Shown here piece by piece: positions 9,053 to 17,438 of a stretch of 64,000 nt of DNA. A model generated the notes under the pieces. It was given only the letters and a program-made list of their open reading frames with translations. It ran no database searches and was not told the origin of the DNA. The DNA comes from an archaeon (GTDB lineage: Archaea; Thermoproteota; Nitrososphaeria; Nitrososphaerales; Gagatemarchaeaceae), in assembly GCA_021823325.1 (NCBI GenBank), contig JAKAOG010000002.1:72651-136650 (forward strand), given 5' to 3'. Positions within the stretch are counted from its first letter, which is position 1. Every line of letters starts with the position of its first letter. The translations under genes were made by a program, and so were the position numbers.

Positions 9053-9886
9053 GTGTCGACACTGACCGCGGGCGGCAGGGGCCTCAGGTTTTTCCCTCTT
9101 GCCTTGAGGGGGGTGTTCTTCTTCTGCATGAGTTTTTTCGTGTTCGAGGCGTTCCTCGACATCAACCCGACGAGGATATCGGTGGCAGGCACGAGCCTCT
9201 CCGTCAGCTACTTCGTCTACCTGACACTCCCTGACCTAATCCGCTTCTTCCCGGAGGGATTCGCCATAATGGCGGTAGGGGCCGTGCTGTTCTCTTTCTC
9301 AAGATACAGATACCTTCCGTTCGTTCTCGCGGCATTCGCGGCGGCGTTCTACTTTGGGGTCATGCATTCCACCGCGATGGCCGACTACTATCGGTCGACC
9401 TACGCGTGTCACTTCAGCGGGTTGCAGTACGTCTGTCCTCTAGACAGCCTGGTCGCAGGGCATCCGAACATCCCCTTGCAGGGGGACGTCGTCGGACTGG
9501 GCGCATTCGCCTTGGCAGTTCCTTCCTACGCGGCGTCGAGGCTCCGCGCAGGGATCAGGTTGGCAGTCGTCGAGGCCGTCCTTGTCGGTTCAGGGTCCCT
9601 CGCAGCCTACGAGGCCGCGATCTACGCCTGGGAGCCGTACTGGTTCGCCAAGCAAGTGACGTTCTACCAGGGCCTGCTCTTCCTCGGGGGCTTCACCAAC
9701 CAAGAGCTGTTCTACGCAGCGTTATGCACTTTCGCAGTAGCGGCTGCATTGCGGTTCTTCGTGTGGCGACCCGTTCGGGGCAGGGCGCTGAGGCGAACCA
9801 GGAAGCGAGGCATCGCTGTCAATCTGTCTCCACCAAGGCCAGATGCGTTAGCGACTCCCGTGACTCGACTGTTATGCGTCCAGTGA
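9053..9886 (+). CDS. Hypothetical multi-pass membrane protein
   Basis: About 6 hydrophobic segments; TATA-like TTAAA about 25 nt upstream. Confidence 0.6.
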   Translation: MSTLTAGGRGLRFFPLALRGVFFFCMSFFVFEAFLDINPTRISVAGTSLSVSYFVYLTLPDLIRFFPEGFAIMAVGAVLFSFSRYRYLPFVLAAFAAAFYFGVMHSTAMADYYRSTYACHFSGLQYVCPLDSLVAGHPNIPLQGDVVGLGAFALAVPSYAASRLRAGIRLAVVEAVLVGSGSLAAYEAAIYAWEPYWFAKQVTFYQGLLFLGGFTNQELFYAALCTFAVAAALRFFVWRPVRGRALRRTRKRGIAVNLSPPRPDALATPVTRLLCVQ

Positions 9887-9925
9887 GCCAGACGGCGTGG
9901 CCAATCGGGACCACGAGGGAGCGGG

Positions 9926-10690
9926 CTAGAGGAGCGTCCAGCCGCCGTCGATCACGATGCACGAGCCGTTCAGCAGCTTCGATCTGTCGGACGCCAGGAA
10001 GAGGGCCAGCTCGGCGATCTCGCCTGGCTCGCCGGTCCTCGGCAGCGTCGCCATGGCCTTCATGAGGTGCTCCATCCCCTTCGGGTCGGGCGCCGTGGCC
10101 CCCACCCCTATGTTGGTGTTCACCGCGCCGAGCACCATGGCGTTGCACCTTATCCCCGCGCTCCGATAGTGGGCCGCGATGCTCCGGGTCAGGCCGATGA
10201 GCGCGTGCTTCGAGGTCGTGTAAGCGGCTCCTGCCACCCCTCCGAAGAGCCCGGCCACCGAAGCCGTGTTGATTATCGATCCTCCGCCAGAGGTCTGCAT
10301 CAGCGGGATGGCGCGCCTGCTCGCACGGAAGGGCGCGTTGACATTGATGTCCATGACCTTCTCCCAGACGCCGTCTGGCGTGTCTACCACCGGGCGGACC
10401 CCGTCCATGATCCCTGCGTTGTTGCAGAGGATGTCCACCCTGCCGAAGACCTTCGCGGCGCGGTCGACCATAAGGTCGGGGCTTTCCCTGAGGGAGAGGT
10501 CGAGGGTCATCCCTTCCACCTTCGCCTGGCTCCTGGCCCGCGCTTCCTTCACCACCTGCTCTACCCTGTCGGGGACCACGTCTACCACCAGGACTGACGC
10601 TCCGTTCTCAGCGAACAGGTTAGACATCGCCCTGCCGACCCCGGAACCTGCGCCGGTGATTACTGCGACTTTGCCGTCGAGTATGCCCAT
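9926..10690 (-). CDS. Short-chain dehydrogenase/reductase (FabG-like)
   Basis: TGAGSGVG, NNAG and YxxSK motifs. Confidence 0.95.
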   Translation of the reverse strand: MGILDGKVAVITGAGSGVGRAMSNLFAENGASVLVVDVVPDRVEQVVKEARARSQAKVEGMTLDLSLRESPDLMVDRAAKVFGRVDILCNNAGIMDGVRPVVDTPDGVWEKVMDINVNAPFRASRRAIPLMQTSGGGSIINTASVAGLFGGVAGAAYTTSKHALIGLTRSIAAHYRSAGIRCNAMVLGAVNTNIGVGATAPDPKGMEHLMKAMATLPRTGEPGEIAELALFLASDRSKLLNGSCIVIDGGWTLL

Positions 10691-10924
10691 GTGTAGTTCG
10701 GAGCATGCACCGCAGATAAGAGGGGCGGCCGATTCTCGACATTGGGAATGGCGCAGGTTCGCGATGATTTGGCTCTCGTTCCACTAGGCTGAGTTGCTCG
10801 ATTGTCGGTTCACGGAGATCTTCTTCGCACGCCCCTGGGCGCCAGAAGGGCCCTGCCCGAACTCTTCCCAAGCGTTCCCCACGCTCACATTTGGGCATGG
10901 ATTCTATTTGAACAACTATATCGA

Positions 10925-10999
10925 TGCCCCGGGCGAGATTTGAACTCGCGTCGCTACCTCGAGAGGGTAACATGCTTGACCGGGCTACACCACCGGGGC
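10925..10999 (-). tRNA. tRNA-Glu(CTC)
   Basis: Cloverleaf with acceptor GCCCCGG/CCGGGGC, anticodon arm TTACC-CTCTCGA-GGTAG and T arm GCGAG-TTCAAAT-CTCGC. No intron; CCA not encoded. Confidence 0.97.
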
Positions 11000-11076
11000 T
11001 CGTCCTGCCCTCGATGCGGTGTGGATATAGCGGTTGCTTCTGAAAACAGGTTGTTTGCAGGGGCGGACTTGGCGCC

Positions 11077-11304
11077 TCAGGCGTTGGGCTTCAGGATCTC
11101 TTCGGCGGCCAGCTTGATGTCAGATGGCTTCACCGTCTTCCTGCCTGCGTGAGCCGCCAGGGTGACCGCCCTCTTGGATATCTGGACCCCCAGGGCCTCT
11201 AGCTCCGTCCTCAGCTCGATGGCTGCGTCGTCCCCGACCCTCTCCGCGCCCGCCTTCTTTATCACCCTGTAGACGGCCGCAAGGCCGAACTCGGAACTGG
11301 ACAT
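11077..11304 (-). CDS. Archaeal histone (HMf family)
   Basis: RVIKKAGAERV...AHAGRKTVKPSDIKLA histone fold. Confidence 0.95.
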   Translation of the reverse strand: MSSSEFGLAAVYRVIKKAGAERVGDDAAIELRTELEALGVQISKRAVTLAAHAGRKTVKPSDIKLAAEEILKPNA

Positions 11305-11505
11305 GCGCCTTTCCGAGGAACGGGTTTAGTATTAAAACCTTTGGGGGATTTTGCCCCTTCTCCTGTCCTTTTTTGACCTCAGAACGCTCAAGTTCACCCC
11401 TATTCGGAAAAAGGGCGGGAAAACCGTGACGAACAGTTCGTGCGTCAGTCTTTGCGTCATAGAACGATAGCGTGGCCTGAAATACCACTTTGGCGAAGGC
11501 CGGCT

Positions 11506-12240
11506 GTGCGTTTCGTCGATTCGCATCTGCATCTGGACGGCCCGGACGCAACGGATACGGTCGCGTGGGCCAAGTCAGCGGGGGTGGCCGTTTTCGGTTG
11601 CGGGACCGATGAGAGGAACTCGAAGTCGCTTCTGATCCTCGCCCATGGCCTCGACGGGACGGTCTTCCCTTTCGTCGGGGTGCACCCGTCGGAGGCGGAG
11701 AAGTCCGAGGGGCTGTCGTGGCTCCCGGAGGCGGCGAAGGAAGCCGCCGGGATCGGTGAGATCGGCCTCGACCCTACCTACTCGCCGGCGGGGGAAGGCT
11801 CTCCCCAGATGAGAGCGTTCAGGGGCCAGCTGGAGGTCGCTGAGAAGTGGGGGAAGCCCGTCCAGGTGCATTCCAGGTCCGCTGAAGCGAAGTGCCTCGA
11901 GGTCCTTGGTCAATCGAGGGTCAAGCGGGTGCTGATGCACAGGCTTGAGAGCGAAGAGGCGGTCCCCAAGGCAATGGAGAGAGGGTATTTCGTCTCGTTC
12001 GGGCCTGCGCTCCTCTACTCCAGGAGGGTCCAGCGCGCCGCGATGAAGTCCCTTCCCGAGCTGACCCTGCTCGAGACCGACTCCCCCGTCCCCTACGCTC
12101 CCCTCGGCGGCGCCAAAGGGCCGGCGCTCGTCCCGTCTGTGGCGTTCAGGCTCGCGGAGCTCCGAGGTGCTCCCTTCGGCGAGACCCTGGAAGGGTGCTC
12201 GAACAACGCCCTCCGCTTCCTCGGGGGCGGGAAAGGTTAA
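11506..12240 (+). CDS. tatD: TatD family hydrolase/DNase
   Basis: DSHLH, GVHP, GEIGLD, VHSR and LETDSP motifs. Start taken as GTG 11506. Confidence 0.92.
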   Translation: MRFVDSHLHLDGPDATDTVAWAKSAGVAVFGCGTDERNSKSLLILAHGLDGTVFPFVGVHPSEAEKSEGLSWLPEAAKEAAGIGEIGLDPTYSPAGEGSPQMRAFRGQLEVAEKWGKPVQVHSRSAEAKCLEVLGQSRVKRVLMHRLESEEAVPKAMERGYFVSFGPALLYSRRVQRAAMKSLPELTLLETDSPVPYAPLGGAKGPALVPSVAFRLAELRGAPFGETLEGCSNNALRFLGGGKG

Positions 12241-12268
12241 CAACCCATCCGGGCGGGCTTGACTGAAG

Positions 12269-12481
12269 TTGGACAGGACGCGGAGGCTTTCGGAGGAGAT
12301 TATGCAGAGGCACCCCGAAGCTTTCGGTACCGACTTCGAAGCTAACAAGAAGGCGCTGGAGGAACTTGCGCTTATCCCCTCCAAGCAGCTCAGGAACAGG
12401 ATCGCAGGCTACATCGCAAAGATGAACACCCCTGAGCCTGAAGAAGAAGCGGAGCCAGCGGTCGAACCAACGACGGAGTAG
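12269..12481 (+). CDS. rps17e: 30S ribosomal protein S17e
   Basis: F..DFEANKK...SKQLRNRIAGYI. Confidence 0.95.
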   Translation: MDRTRRLSEEIMQRHPEAFGTDFEANKKALEELALIPSKQLRNRIAGYIAKMNTPEPEEEAEPAVEPTTE

Positions 12482-12484
12482 GCC

Positions 12485-13306
12485 ATGGCCCTGGCGACGG
12501 CGGGGTTCTCCCTCGGCATCAGGCCCCTGTCATCTCTCCTCCCTCACGAAGAGGTGATCCCTCGCCACGTGCAGCAGGTCGCTGCGGAGATGGCGCGCGA
12601 CAAGATACAGAGGGACCCGATAATCATCGAACGAGAAAGCGCGGTTGTCCTGGACGGCATGCACAGGCTCGCCGCGTTCAGGGAGCTCAAGATAGAGAAC
12701 GCCGTCTGCTGCTCGGTGGAGTATAGCTCCACCTCCGTGTCCCTTGGGAGGTGGGCGCGCGTCTACGGCATGAAGGAAGGAGACAGGGTGACAGACGCGT
12801 TGGCCGAGGTCGGCGGGACGAAGAGGGCCAATCTGGCGGAGGCGTTCAGCGCCCTGGACAGGAGAGACGCGTCTTTCGCCGTGCTCACCCCTGACGCGGC
12901 GTTCCTTTCGGACGGGAAGCAAGGGCACGAGCATATCGTCTCTTCGGTGGCGGCGCTTGACAGGATGGCGGAAAGGCGAGGGTGGGAGAGAGGGTTCGTC
13001 TCGGAGGACGAGGTGGACGTCCCGCTCCAGGATCCGAGGAAGGTCGTGGTCCTCCTCCGCAGGCTCACAAAGGAAGACGTCGTGAGCGCCGCGAGGTCGG
13101 GGAGGCTGTTTCCATGCAAGACGTCGATGCACGCCATCGACCCGCGGCCGGTCGCGGTGGACTTCCCCATAGCCGAGCTGAACGACGCGGACACCGCCAA
13201 GCTGAAGCGATGGCTAGGCGGGAACGAGGGCAAGATACTCCCCCGAGGGTCCAGTTACGGCGGAAGAAGGTATAAGGAAAGGCTTCTCGTGCTTTCAAAG
13301 GATTGA
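12485..13306 (+). CDS. ParB/sulfiredoxin-fold protein (SerK/SbnI-like)
   Basis: LLPHEE, PIII, VLDGMHR and FPCKTS motifs. Confidence 0.7.
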   Translation: MALATAGFSLGIRPLSSLLPHEEVIPRHVQQVAAEMARDKIQRDPIIIERESAVVLDGMHRLAAFRELKIENAVCCSVEYSSTSVSLGRWARVYGMKEGDRVTDALAEVGGTKRANLAEAFSALDRRDASFAVLTPDAAFLSDGKQGHEHIVSSVAALDRMAERRGWERGFVSEDEVDVPLQDPRKVVVLLRRLTKEDVVSAARSGRLFPCKTSMHAIDPRPVAVDFPIAELNDADTAKLKRWLGGNEGKILPRGSSYGGRRYKERLLVLSKD

Positions 13307-13560
13307 TCACAGTCAGGTGCCTCGGCCACATCGCAAGCGCGCTGAAGGCGAAGGAGATGACACTCGATGTCGGCGAGATCGATGCGTCGGACCTGGTGGA
13401 AAAGCTCAGGGTGTCGACTGGGATGGAAGACCCTGGGTTCAGCAAGTTCAACACGCTCGTCATGGTCGAGGATGGGGAGGCGTTCGTCCCGGCAGGGTCG
13501 AAGAAGACGATAAAGGACGGGTCCACGGTGGCGCTGCTCCCGTTCTCTCATGGAGGGTGA
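13303..13560 (+). CDS. Ubiquitin-like sulfur carrier (SAMP/Urm1/MoaD family)
   Basis: Beta-grasp size with C-terminal HGG. Confidence 0.88.
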   Translation: MITVRCLGHIASALKAKEMTLDVGEIDASDLVEKLRVSTGMEDPGFSKFNTLVMVEDGEAFVPAGSKKTIKDGSTVALLPFSHGG

Positions 13561-13561
13561 G

Positions 13562-13990
13562 ATGACCCAGGCGTTCGCGAAGGCGTATCTGTTCGAAGCG
13601 GGCGGAAGCGCAGACGAGGTCAAGAGAAAGCTCGCCTCTGTCAATCCAGGCACCATGGTCCAGGCGATGAGGGCGGGACCGGCCGTCAACGCGGCGCTGG
13701 TGGAGATGCTCGCCGCCCAGACCTTCAGGGCGGAGTCCTCCGGGGCCATGCTCGCCAAGAAGCCAGAGATAGATTTCCTGCTCAGGTTCGCAGGGACGTC
13801 GCAGATCGCCAAGGCGATCAGGGAGCAAGGAGCGGTCCCGGGGAAACCGTTCTTCGCGGTGACCGCAGGGAGAAAGGAGATTGTGACCCCCGCCGAGTAC
13901 AGGTCCGCCGAACTCCCCAGGAAGAAGCTGTCGAGGTCAGACCTGACGAGGGTCGAGAGGGCGGCGCTCCTGGACGCCCAGAAGTCCTAG
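13562..13990 (+). CDS. cgi121: KEOPS complex subunit Cgi121
   Basis: AKKPEIDFLLRFAGTSQIAKAI and C-terminal VERAALLD. Confidence 0.85.
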   Translation: MTQAFAKAYLFEAGGSADEVKRKLASVNPGTMVQAMRAGPAVNAALVEMLAAQTFRAESSGAMLAKKPEIDFLLRFAGTSQIAKAIREQGAVPGKPFFAVTAGRKEIVTPAEYRSAELPRKKLSRSDLTRVERAALLDAQKS

Positions 13991-14889
13991 GAAGCGGCCG
14001 AAGCGCGTCCGGGGACCCTTCCGCCGGCGAGTCTGCCCACGAGCGGTCCCACAACCAGCAGTATCGCGGCCACGGCGAATATCGTCGTCTTGATCGGGGT
14101 GATGTCGGCTATCGACCCTCCCCACGGGACGAGGAAAAGCACCGCCGCTAGCACCAGGAAGATGAGCGCGTAAAGGACCGACAGCGGCGCCGTCCTCTTG
14201 GCTTCCGAGCTCGACCATGAGGGGTAGTCCGTGATGACGGTCGACCTGGCGGAGATGGGGCGGACCGCCCTGAGCAAAACCGGGACGACGATGAGGACCG
14301 CAGGGATGGAGGTCGTGTCCCAGAAGACGGTGAGCCCCAGCGTCAACAGGGCCTTGCCCTGCAGGCTCGTAAGAGCCGCGAGCGGAGCAAAGAGGAGAGG
14401 CCCTGCGGTGGCCACGAGCCCCGCGGCCATCAGGTTCCCGAGGGTGAGGAAAGCGACGGTGGAAGTGATGAAGCTCGGCCAGGAGCGGTACTTCTTCACC
14501 GCCCATCCGAACAAGAGGGTGGCCACGAAGTTGGCCGGGACCCCGGCCGCCAGCGCCAGCAGGGGGTTCGTAGCGCCCACCGGGAGGAGGAAGATCATGT
14601 CGCCGATGAAGCTCCCCATGGCGGCTCCTACGGCCACCGACATGGTGTCGGAGACTATCGCGAAGAAGAGAGGGACGAACGCCGCGATGTAGAGCTGGCC
14701 CACCCCCCACGGGCTAGGGATGTAGCCTGTGATCCCTTTGGCGGCGGCGAACAGGACGGCTGTTATCACAACGGTGACAACCTTGCTGGTGGTAGTCACT
14801 TGACGCGCGTAGCCTGAGGTTGATGCGGCGGCAGCCGGGTCGGCTGGCGTGCCCAAACTGGCGTCCGAGTGGGGAGGACCGTATTTCAA
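13987..14889 (-). CDS. ECF-type transporter S component-like membrane protein
   Basis: TAVLFAA...GAAMGSFIGD pattern, about 8 TM. Substrate unknown; start uncertain. Confidence 0.6.
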   Translation of the reverse strand: MKYGPPHSDASLGTPADPAAAASTSGYARQVTTTSKVVTVVITAVLFAAAKGITGYIPSPWGVGQLYIAAFVPLFFAIVSDTMSVAVGAAMGSFIGDMIFLLPVGATNPLLALAAGVPANFVATLLFGWAVKKYRSWPSFITSTVAFLTLGNLMAAGLVATAGPLLFAPLAALTSLQGKALLTLGLTVFWDTTSIPAVLIVVPVLLRAVRPISARSTVITDYPSWSSSEAKRTAPLSVLYALIFLVLAAVLFLVPWGGSIADITPIKTTIFAVAAILLVVGPLVGRLAGGRVPGRASAAS

Positions 14890-14977
14890 GGTGGTCTATA
14901 GTATCTCTTAACCTCTCTATATCCACCCCGTTCGGTTGACCTAGCTGGCAGTGGAGCGCGCGAGGTCGCAGTGTATT

Positions 14978-15760
14978 CTATTCTTCGTGGAACGTGAACT
15001 CGCAGTACTCTTCGCCGCAGGAGATGCACCTGGTCTCCGAGCTCGCGTACCTCTTCCCCCACACGGTGTCCATGACGGCGGTCATGTGGCCCCTGAGGAA
15101 GTGGCTTATCGGGGCGGCTGACCTCTGGTCTTTGCACTCGAAGCTGTTCTCGATCCTTATCGTGACCTCGGACATCGCTGGGTTCGACGCCATGTCAAGG
15201 GGTTTGCCCCAGCCAAGGGCGGTGTAGATCTCGCCGAGCTCTCTGAAGTTCTTTTGGACGAAGCTCTTCCCCGCCAGCGAGATCAGCTTCTTCATCGCGC
15301 TTTCTCCATAGGTGTAGCCCATCTGGTAGAGTATCACGTTCCCCCCCGACCCGAACGTCTTCTTCAGCTCGGCTATCATCAGGGTGAACAGGTCGGCCCT
15401 CATGAGCACGAGCCTCTCCCCTCCGCTCATGACGATGGGGAAGTGCCCGCTTTCCACGAGCAACCCTTCCTGGGCTTGCTCTACCTCTATCTTCGGCACG
15501 AGAGGAGAAGGCTTGAGCTTTGACGTGACCTCCTGTAGCGTCAGGTCCCGCGCTCCTTCCACGACGAGCGTCAGAGTGGCCGACTCTGCCCCGGGGACGG
15601 CGGTGCTTGTCACGCTCAGTACGTTCAGCTTCGCCTCCAAGACCTTCGAGAGGAGCTCAAGCAGAGACCCAGGGACGTTCTTGTGAGTGGAAGTCAGCCG
15701 GAACATGTTCCGATCGGGGGCGTAGACGAAGATGGGAATCCTTCGGGCGCCCTGAGACAT
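14978..15760 (-). CDS. ACT + V4R domain protein
   Basis: N-terminal ACT (NVPGSL...LNVLS) and V4R (GWG, SFEC, ETRCISCGEEYCEF). Confidence 0.85.
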   Translation of the reverse strand: MSQGARRIPIFVYAPDRNMFRLTSTHKNVPGSLLELLSKVLEAKLNVLSVTSTAVPGAESATLTLVVEGARDLTLQEVTSKLKPSPLVPKIEVEQAQEGLLVESGHFPIVMSGGERLVLMRADLFTLMIAELKKTFGSGGNVILYQMGYTYGESAMKKLISLAGKSFVQKNFRELGEIYTALGWGKPLDMASNPAMSEVTIRIENSFECKDQRSAAPISHFLRGHMTAVMDTVWGKRYASSETRCISCGEEYCEFTFHEE

Positions 15761-16200
15761 TTGTTGTCATGCTCGGACACCGGCTATAAGAATTCAGCAG
15801 ATGTCAGGGCCGGTCACGACCTAGCATCGACGGCAGGCCCGGAGAGACCCCCGTTCGAGGTTCGAACGCCCTTTGCAGAACTACTTTGGCGGGACGCCCG
15901 CGAAGTACCATCCTTGCTTTAGGGGCGCGTCGACCGGGGCTGCTCGCTGTATCGGGCTAGGGCTTCCCGCCTGCCCTACGACCATCTCTGGCGCCTTGCC
16001 CAGCTTGCCGTCCGACGTCCGAGTGACCTTCCCCACGAGCTCCCGCTTCCGCATATGATGCCTGCTCCCGGCCCTCTCCGACTTTCTCCAGGGTCAGCGC
16101 CCAGTTCACAAAGCAGTCCCACAAGAGGGGCGGACCCTGCTTGCGGCTCCCCCCTTCGGGGCCCTCGCGACTCATTCCGGACGCCCCTTAGACAAGTCGC

Positions 16201-17010
16201 TCAATGGAGGAGATGCCTGTTGAAGAAGGCCAGCGCGCTCTCCCAGGCGTCCTCTGCAGCTTCTCTGTTGTAGACCGGCCTCGTCTCGTTGAAGAAGGAG
16301 TGTTGCGCCCCCTTGTAGATTTTCATCTGGAACGCCTTCTTGTATCTGACCATGGCTTCCACGATGGAAGGAATGCCGGCGTTGACCCTCTCGTCCTCCC
16401 CGGCGTAGAAAGCAAGCACAGGACCGCTTATGTTCGCAACGGACTCGATCGGTTTCGGGTTGGCTCCGTAGAAAGGGACAGAAACGAACGGGTGCATCGT
16501 CGAAAGCTGATAGGCCAATCCCCCTCCCATGCAGAAGCCCGTGATGCCTAGCCTGTCTCCCCTGACGTAGCTCTGCCGCTGGAGGTGGTCCTTGCAGTTC
16601 ATCAGGTCCGCAGCCATCTGCTTCTCCATGGCATCCCTCCCCAGGTAGAAGATCTCCATGACCTTCCTTTCTGCCTCGGGCATGGCGCCCATGAGCGCCC
16701 TAATCGCGTCTGGGTCGTTCCGCTTCTCGGGAGGCAGGGACCAGAGCGGCTTCATGGCGCTCTCGATGTTCTTCTCGTTCATGACGTCCCCGACCCTGGC
16801 GAAGAGGTTCGGTGCCATGGCGACGAACCCCTGCTCCGCGTAGCGCCTCGCGACTCCCCTGATCTGGTCGTTCAGGCCGAATGCTTCGTGCACCACTATT
16901 ATTGCAGGCCGTCTGTCTCCGCTCGAGCCGGCGCTCGGCCTTGCCACGTATGCCGCCATGTCTGCGCCGTCGGCGCACTTGAATCCGGCGTCTTCGCTCA
17001 GGATCTCCAC
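16201..17010 (-). CDS. Dienelactone hydrolase family protein
   Basis: HEAFG, GFCMGG and YKGAQHSFFN motifs. Confidence 0.93.
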   Translation of the reverse strand: MEILSEDAGFKCADGADMAAYVARPSAGSSGDRRPAIIVVHEAFGLNDQIRGVARRYAEQGFVAMAPNLFARVGDVMNEKNIESAMKPLWSLPPEKRNDPDAIRALMGAMPEAERKVMEIFYLGRDAMEKQMAADLMNCKDHLQRQSYVRGDRLGITGFCMGGGLAYQLSTMHPFVSVPFYGANPKPIESVANISGPVLAFYAGEDERVNAGIPSIVEAMVRYKKAFQMKIYKGAQHSFFNETRPVYNREAAEDAWESALAFFNRHLLH

Positions 17011-17251
17011 GCTGCCGCGCCAGGACCTCGGCGGGAACCGGGACGGTATAATTCTTGCGTTCTGACGCCCACCCCGGGTCAGCCTGTGCGAGAAAGCACT
17101 AGACCATCAGCTTGTCGGCGCAACGGACTGAGGGGCGCGTCACGCGCGGCACCCCTGCGCCCATGGCCCGACCGTTTCTGCGGCGACAGTAGCTATCTCG
17201 AGACCAGATTGAGCGCGACGTGACGGGTCGGCGGGACTCGACGTCTGTCAG

Positions 17252-17346
17252 TGGCGGGCCCGGAGGGATTTGAACCCTCGGTCTCCAGCTTCGCAGGCTT
17301 GCGCGCGAGCGGCTTGACGCCCTGATCCGTGCTAGGCTACGGGCCC
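17252..17346 (-). tRNA. tRNA-Arg(GCG) with 16-nt intron at position 29/30 (intron 17299-17314); CCA encoded
   Basis: Acceptor GGGCCCG/CGGGCCC and T arm GAGGG-TTCAAAT-CCCTC. Removing AGCCGCTCGCGCGCAA restores anticodon arm TCAGC-CTGCGAA-GCTGG. The intron boundaries form a BHB motif. Confidence 0.93.
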
Positions 17347-17438
17347 GAAGAGCCCCGACCAGAGGGCGCTGTTAAGCCCTTCTCGGCAAGGACGCGCCGT
17401 CGGAAGAAGGGTTAATCACCCGGACCTGGACGGTCGGC

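Noticed and set aside
10760..10800. GATGA...CTGA box C/D-like pair
   Set aside because: The boxes are only about 21 nt apart, the terminal stem is weak and there is no suitably placed TATA box.
10620..10898. Small minus-strand ORF MPKCERG...FWRPGAC downstream of tRNA-Glu, resembling a decayed zinc ribbon
   Set aside because: The Cys pairs are incomplete and the frame runs into the SDR gene. Too weak to call.
15800..16200. Possible RNase P or SRP RNA in the large intergenic gap
   Set aside because: I found no GAGGAAAGTCC/GGCTTA RNase P signature and no SRP helix-8 CAGG...GGAA...AGCA motif on either strand.
15921..17141. 11-bp direct repeat AGGGGCGCGTC flanking the dienelactone hydrolase near tRNA-Arg
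   Set aside because: It is short and GC-rich, does not match the tRNA 3' end, and there is no integrase. Chance is plausible.
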